Positions 59,712 to 64,000 of a stretch of DNA of 64,000 nt are shown in pieces (within the stretch, counting starts at the first letter, position 1; each line of letters begins with the position of its first letter). Below the pieces are notes generated by a model. It worked only from the letters and a program-made list of their open reading frames with translations. It made no database searches and was not told the origin of the DNA. Made by a program: the position numbers and the translations under genes. This DNA comes from Bacteroidia bacterium (GTDB lineage: Bacteria > Bacteroidota > Bacteroidia > UKL13-3): NCBI GenBank assembly GCA_025454875.1, contig JALONP010000005.1, positions 9,431 through 73,430 of the forward strand. The letters are read 5' to 3'.

Positions 59712-61577
59712 TTATTTAGCAAGCATTTTGCCTGAAAGTTTGTATCCGCCTGCTTCTACATTGTAAATGTAAAATCCAGCGCTCAAATCACCTGTTACAA
59801 CTTCAAGATCTGAAGCGCCAGCAGGAGTGTTGGTATAGGTTTTTGTGTAAACCAATTTACCAAACATATCCATTACCGAAACAGTTACATCACTAGTTTT
59901 GGTTAAGTTAACCGGAATGCTCGTGCTATAGTTAAATGGATTAGGGAAATTTTGGTTAATAGTGAACAATTCATTTTTATTTCCATTAGGTAAACCAGTT
60001 ACTTGGAAACTATCGATATCTGCTAAATCGATATAGTAATACAAAATATTAAATGGACCTGTTTTATTAGCATTATCAGCTGTACTGAAGAAACCAAGTG
60101 CATCACTTTCCATATAGGTCATGTGCAATCTGCCATTGGCTATCATACCACTTCCAAACATTTGCTCTTTGTTAAAACCACCAACTGATGTTAAGTTTAA
60201 GATATTGCTCCATGTTGCTCCGTTGTCTTTTGAGAAAACTACATATACATCTCTAAAGTTTGATCCTTGTGGGTCTACATCATCTTCTGTTAAAGCAGAG
60301 TATATTACATACATATCGCCATTAGGTGCAAACATTGCATAAGGCATTGTTGCAACGCCAGCATTTCCATAACGTGTTCTGGAATTGATGTCTCCAATAT
60401 CCAATTGGCCATTGCCGTTACCATCAGGTGCTCCTGCTATTCCTACGATGCTATCAGGTCTACCTTCATACCAATAGTCAATACTGTTTGTTCCTAAAAA
60501 TACGCTGAAAGAGTTGTCGTTTGCTGTTGTGTTTAATACACGCAAACGTCCCCAATAGCAATGCGCCATTCCATTCGCATCCAAACGAACCGATAATGAA
60601 CCGTCACAAACTTCTGGTGTATCTAAGATTAAATCTTGATCATTAAAAGCTGGAATTGGGAATGGTAAAATCATGGTTGTATCCCAGGTGTTTCCATTAT
60701 CTGTCGATTTCCAAAGCATCACATCTTGGGTAGTACCTCCCATTAACACAACCACAATCGAATCGCGCGCATCAATAGCGTATCCATCGGCATTACCATC
60801 AAAAAATCGCGTGCTATCATAGTTTGGCAATGTAATGTTTTGATTTTCCCAAGTGCTGGTTGTAAAGTTATACCTTGAGTACACTGTAGGATTGCGGACT
60901 CCTGCTTTTCTCATAGTATCGGGTTGTGTAGCATTCGGGCTTGTATAGCTTGCAATAACATGCATATAATTACCAGCAATTGCGGTACGTGGCCACAATA
61001 CAGTTGGTGTTGAAGGTGATGCTTCACCTAGAACCAATTGTGAAGTCCAAGTTGTGCTGCCTACTGCGCCATTGGTATTGTAAATGAGTCCGCTTGATGT
61101 ACCTCCAGTATCCACTCGGTGACTCATGATAATTTCTGTAGTACCATTGTAATCCAAGTTAGGGTAACCAGCTCTAAATTGTTCAATTCGGGTATTGGTT
61201 ACCGGTCCCCAAGTTGATCCATCAAAATGGTTGTATCCTGAACCGCGAGCCAAAAAACCTGTTCCATTTCCGTCACTTGAAGTTTGCCACAATACACTCA
61301 CAGTGCTATCAGGGTAAACCATAATTCTTCTGTATACAGATGAATTGGTTTGGCGATCAAAGTTGGTTGTGCCCACTACTTGCCAGCGAGCAACTTTGTT
61401 AAAACCAACTGTTGAACTGCTTCCAGTACCCTCTTTTACAGGCGAAGGAACGTCAACATCAGAAGCCAACGTTTTTACCGCAGGTGCAGGTTTTGCTTTG
61501 CCTTGCGGGGTTCTTGCATGCTGCGCGTTAGCGGCAACAGCAATGCCTAATAATCCTAATAAGTAGATTTTTTTCAT
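59712..61577 (-). CDS. T9SS cargo protein, Asp-box (BNR) beta-propeller
   Basis: Signal peptide, Asp-boxes STDNGNTW and SKDNGATW, CTD QNFPNPF...GFYIY...KMLAK. Confidence 0.85.
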   Translation of the reverse strand: MKKIYLLGLLGIAVAANAQHARTPQGKAKPAPAVKTLASDVDVPSPVKEGTGSSSTVGFNKVARWQVVGTTNFDRQTNSSVYRRIMVYPDSTVSVLWQTSSDGNGTGFLARGSGYNHFDGSTWGPVTNTRIEQFRAGYPNLDYNGTTEIIMSHRVDTGGTSSGLIYNTNGAVGSTTWTSQLVLGEASPSTPTVLWPRTAIAGNYMHVIASYTSPNATQPDTMRKAGVRNPTVYSRYNFTTSTWENQNITLPNYDSTRFFDGNADGYAIDARDSIVVVLMGGTTQDVMLWKSTDNGNTWDTTMILPFPIPAFNDQDLILDTPEVCDGSLSVRLDANGMAHCYWGRLRVLNTTANDNSFSVFLGTNSIDYWYEGRPDSIVGIAGAPDGNGNGQLDIGDINSRTRYGNAGVATMPYAMFAPNGDMYVIYSALTEDDVDPQGSNFRDVYVVFSKDNGATWSNILNLTSVGGFNKEQMFGSGMIANGRLHMTYMESDALGFFSTADNANKTGPFNILYYYIDLADIDSFQVTGLPNGNKNELFTINQNFPNPFNYSTSIPVNLTKTSDVTVSVMDMFGKLVYTKTYTNTPAGASDLEVVTGDLSAGFYIYNVEAGGYKLSGKMLAK

Positions 61578-61613
61578 GATGTATTATTAAATTGTTAATC
61601 GATTTCGCAACTC

Positions 61614-61621
61614 CAAAACTA
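61614..61621 (-). promoter_or_regulatory. Putative -7 promoter box for the T9SS gene
   Basis: TAGTTTTG on the minus strand, 36 nt before the ATG. Confidence 0.5.
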
Positions 61622-61793
61622 TATAAGTTTTTGTAAAAACCAATTAAGGGCTGGTTTCAACCGCGTCTAAAAGGCTCAATTTTACAAAATTCAGATAATC
61701 AAATTGTTGTAGTGGCTATCCACATTCAATCATACCTTCCTACAAAAGAATGCTACTTTTTTCAACACCGCATTACATCCAACAACTGAATTG

Positions 61794-61801
61794 TATTTTT
61801 G
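61794..61801 (+). promoter_or_regulatory. Putative -7 promoter box for dnaE
   Basis: TATTTTTG, 42 nt before the ATG. Confidence 0.5.
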
Positions 61802-61843
61802 GCTTCTTGATTAAAGAGCTACTTAACGCATTTTGATTTTAAA

Positions 61844-64000
61844 ATGAAATTTTCGCATTTACACGTACATACACAATTTTCGCTTCTAGATGGTGCGGCT
61901 AAAATTGAGGAGTTATATAAAAAGGCTGCAGCAGATCAAATGCCAGCTATCGCGCTTACTGACCATGGCAATATGTTTGGGGCATTTAAATTTGTTGCCG
62001 AAGCATACAAACACAAAGGCGAAGATGGAAAACCGAAAGTAAAGCCAATTGTGGGTTGTGAGTTTTATGTTGTGGCAGATAGACATAAACGCTCATTTAC
62101 CAAAGAAGATAAAGACCAGCGGTTTCACCAATTGCTCCTAGCTAAAAATGAACAAGGGTACAAAAACCTTGTAAAGTTATGTTCGCTAGGTTATATGGAG
62201 GGACTTTATGGCAAGTACCCTCGAATTGACAAAGAGTTGATATTACAATACCATGAAGGACTTATCGCAACAACCTGTTGTATAGGAGCGATGGTGCCTA
62301 AAACTATTTTACGGCAAGGGGAAGCGGCTGGTGAAATTGAATTTAAATGGTGGCTCGACTTGTTTGGAGATGATTATTACGTTGAACTCCAACGCCACAA
62401 TATACCCGAGCAAAACAAGGTAAATGAAGTATTACTTCAATTTGCTGCCAAATACAATGTTCCGGTAATTGCATCTAATGATTCACATTATGTGGACCAA
62501 CAAGATGCCAATGCACATGATATTTTACTTTGCATCAATACTGGCGAAAAGCAAAGCACGCCTAGTATGAAGGAGTTTAGTGATGACGATACGTTTGTGA
62601 AAGGCAAAAGATTTGCGTTTGCAAACGATCAATTTTATTTTAAAACTACTGCCGAAATGCAAAAGTTGTTTAGTGATGTTCCGCAAGCCATAGACAATAC
62701 AAACCTTATTGTAGATAAAGTGGAATTACTCGACTTAAAACGGGATATTTTATTGCCAGCTTTTCCTTTACCTGCCGAGTTTAATAACCAAGATGATTAT
62801 TTAGAACACCTCACTTGGAACGGAGCCAAACAGCGTTATGTAGATATTGCTCCCGAAACAGAAGAGCGTATTAAGTTTGAGTTACACACCATTCGCACAA
62901 TGGGCTTTGCGGGTTACTTTTTGATTGTATCCGATTTTATTGCTGCAGGAAGAAACATGGGTGTTTTTATTGGGCCTGGTCGTGGTTCTGCTGCAGGATC
63001 CGTGGTGGCTTATTGTATTGGTATTACCAATATCGACCCTATTAAGTACGATTTGCTTTTCGAACGTTTTTTAAACCCAGATCGAAAGTCGATGCCCGAT
63101 ATTGATACCGATTTTGACGATGATGGCAGGCAAAAGGTAATTGACTATGTAGTTGATAAATATGGTAAAAACCAAGTAGCACATATTGTTACCTATGGAA
63201 GTATGGCTGCCAAAATGAGTATCAAAGATGTTGCTAGGGTAATGGATTTGCCACTTCCCGAAAGCAATATGCTTGCTAAATTGGTTCCTGAAAAACCTGG
63301 AATTTCCCTCGATCGGGTGCTAAAGGCTCCTATTGATGGAGAAAAAAGTTTACGTGACAAGGAGGGACTCCAAGCAGAAGATTTAGAAGGAGTAAAAAAG
63401 TTACGCGAAATTTATGCGGGTAACGATTTGCAGGCAACAGTGCTTAAGGAGGCCTTGGTGCTTGAAGGTTCTGTTAGAGGAACGGGTATTCATGCAGCTG
63501 GGATTATTATTGCACCCAAAGATTTAACCGAATTGATTCCAGTGGCTACCGTGAAAGATGTGAGTTTGCTGGTAACCCAATATGACGGGAAAGTAATTGA
63601 AGATGCTGGTGTTATTAAGATGGACTTTTTGGGGCTTCGAAATTTATCCATCATACGTGATACCTTAAAGCTCATTTCACAAAACCACGGTGTCAATATT
63701 GATATTGACCAAATTCCACTTGATGACCCTAAAACACTAGCGCTTTTTTCAAGAGGTGAAACCAACGGAACATTCCAGTTTGAAAGCCCCGGAATGCAAA
63801 AGCACTTAAAGGATTTGAAACCTGACCGCTTTGAAGATTTAATTGCCATGAATGCACTGTACCGTCCAGGGCCAATTGCGTATATCCCAAATTACATTGC
63901 ACGAAAGCATGGCAAAGAGCCCGTAACCTACGATTTGGAAGCAATGGAGGAGCATTTGAAAGACACATACGGAATTACCGTTTACCAAGAGCAGGTAATG
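61844..64000 (+). CDS. dnaE: DNA polymerase III alpha subunit (3'-truncated by the window end; absent from the ORF track)
   Basis: Read manually: MKFSHLHVHTQFSLLDGAA, TDHGNMFG, GPGRGSAAGS, MPDIDTDF, HAAG, KMDFLGL, YQEQVM. Confidence 0.97.
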   Translation, partial: MKFSHLHVHTQFSLLDGAAKIEELYKKAAADQMPAIALTDHGNMFGAFKFVAEAYKHKGEDGKPKVKPIVGCEFYVVADRHKRSFTKEDKDQRFHQLLLAKNEQGYKNLVKLCSLGYMEGLYGKYPRIDKELILQYHEGLIATTCCIGAMVPKTILRQGEAAGEIEFKWWLDLFGDDYYVELQRHNIPEQNKVNEVLLQFAAKYNVPVIASNDSHYVDQQDANAHDILLCINTGEKQSTPSMKEFSDDDTFVKGKRFAFANDQFYFKTTAEMQKLFSDVPQAIDNTNLIVDKVELLDLKRDILLPAFPLPAEFNNQDDYLEHLTWNGAKQRYVDIAPETEERIKFELHTIRTMGFAGYFLIVSDFIAAGRNMGVFIGPGRGSAAGSVVAYCIGITNIDPIKYDLLFERFLNPDRKSMPDIDTDFDDDGRQKVIDYVVDKYGKNQVAHIVTYGSMAAKMSIKDVARVMDLPLPESNMLAKLVPEKPGISLDRVLKAPIDGEKSLRDKEGLQAEDLEGVKKLREIYAGNDLQATVLKEALVLEGSVRGTGIHAAGIIIAPKDLTELIPVATVKDVSLLVTQYDGKVIEDAGVIKMDFLGLRNLSIIRDTLKLISQNHGVNIDIDQIPLDDPKTLALFSRGETNGTFQFESPGMQKHLKDLKPDRFEDLIAMNALYRPGPIAYIPNYIARKHGKEPVTYDLEAMEEHLKDTYGITVYQEQVM

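Noticed and set aside
438-63968. Numerous 60-130 aa antisense or alternate-frame ORFs in the track
   Set aside because: They overlap well-supported genes and show no recognisable motifs, so they are treated as shadow ORFs.
61844-64000. Apparent ORF-free gap, or an intein in dnaE
   Set aside because: The region is dnaE, omitted from the track only because its stop lies beyond the window. No intein-like insertion was seen in the visible part.

Overview
AT-rich chromosomal window of a Bacteroidota bacterium. The assignment rests on three T9SS C-terminal-domain proteins, an UpxY antiterminator and TAnnTTTG promoter boxes. From left to right: a partial T9SS cargo gene, clpC, a RelE/ParE toxin-antitoxin pair running into rlmH, an XRE regulator divergent from a three-gene secreted module (T9SS cargo, lipase-fold hydrolase, PQQ-propeller lipoprotein), DUF58, ferritin, a PlsC/GNAT lipid acyltransferase and a REP-like repeat cluster. 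About 37.5 kb (12.8-50.3 kb, minus strand) is a surface-polysaccharide locus. It carries wza, wzc, fdtA/fdtB, a GtrB-like GT, upxY, a wHTH-nucleotidyltransferase-like regulator, wzm/wzt, about 10 glycosyltransferases, AsnB, the WbpG/HisH2/HisF2 trio, ATP-grasp, PHP, WbqC, CapK and several acyl- and methyltransferases. The right end holds two POT transporters, DUF1569, DPP-IV, a GxxExxY gene, a GlcD-like oxidase, a CDF transporter, a T9SS propeller protein and the 5' part of dnaE. Top candidates for novelty: (1) the GxxExxY nuclease-fold gene bracketed by 25-bp inverted repeats built from 8-bp CGCAAAG units, which looks like a minimal mobile cassette whose ends overlap neighbouring expression signals; (2) the T9SS cargo/lipase/lipoprotein module, a possible effector-immunity set; (3) a layered polysaccharide-operon leader with a perfect operator palindrome, an ops-like element and a REP remnant. 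No CRISPR array, rRNA, tRNA or transposase was recognised. All calls come from reading motifs by eye; no database searches were run.
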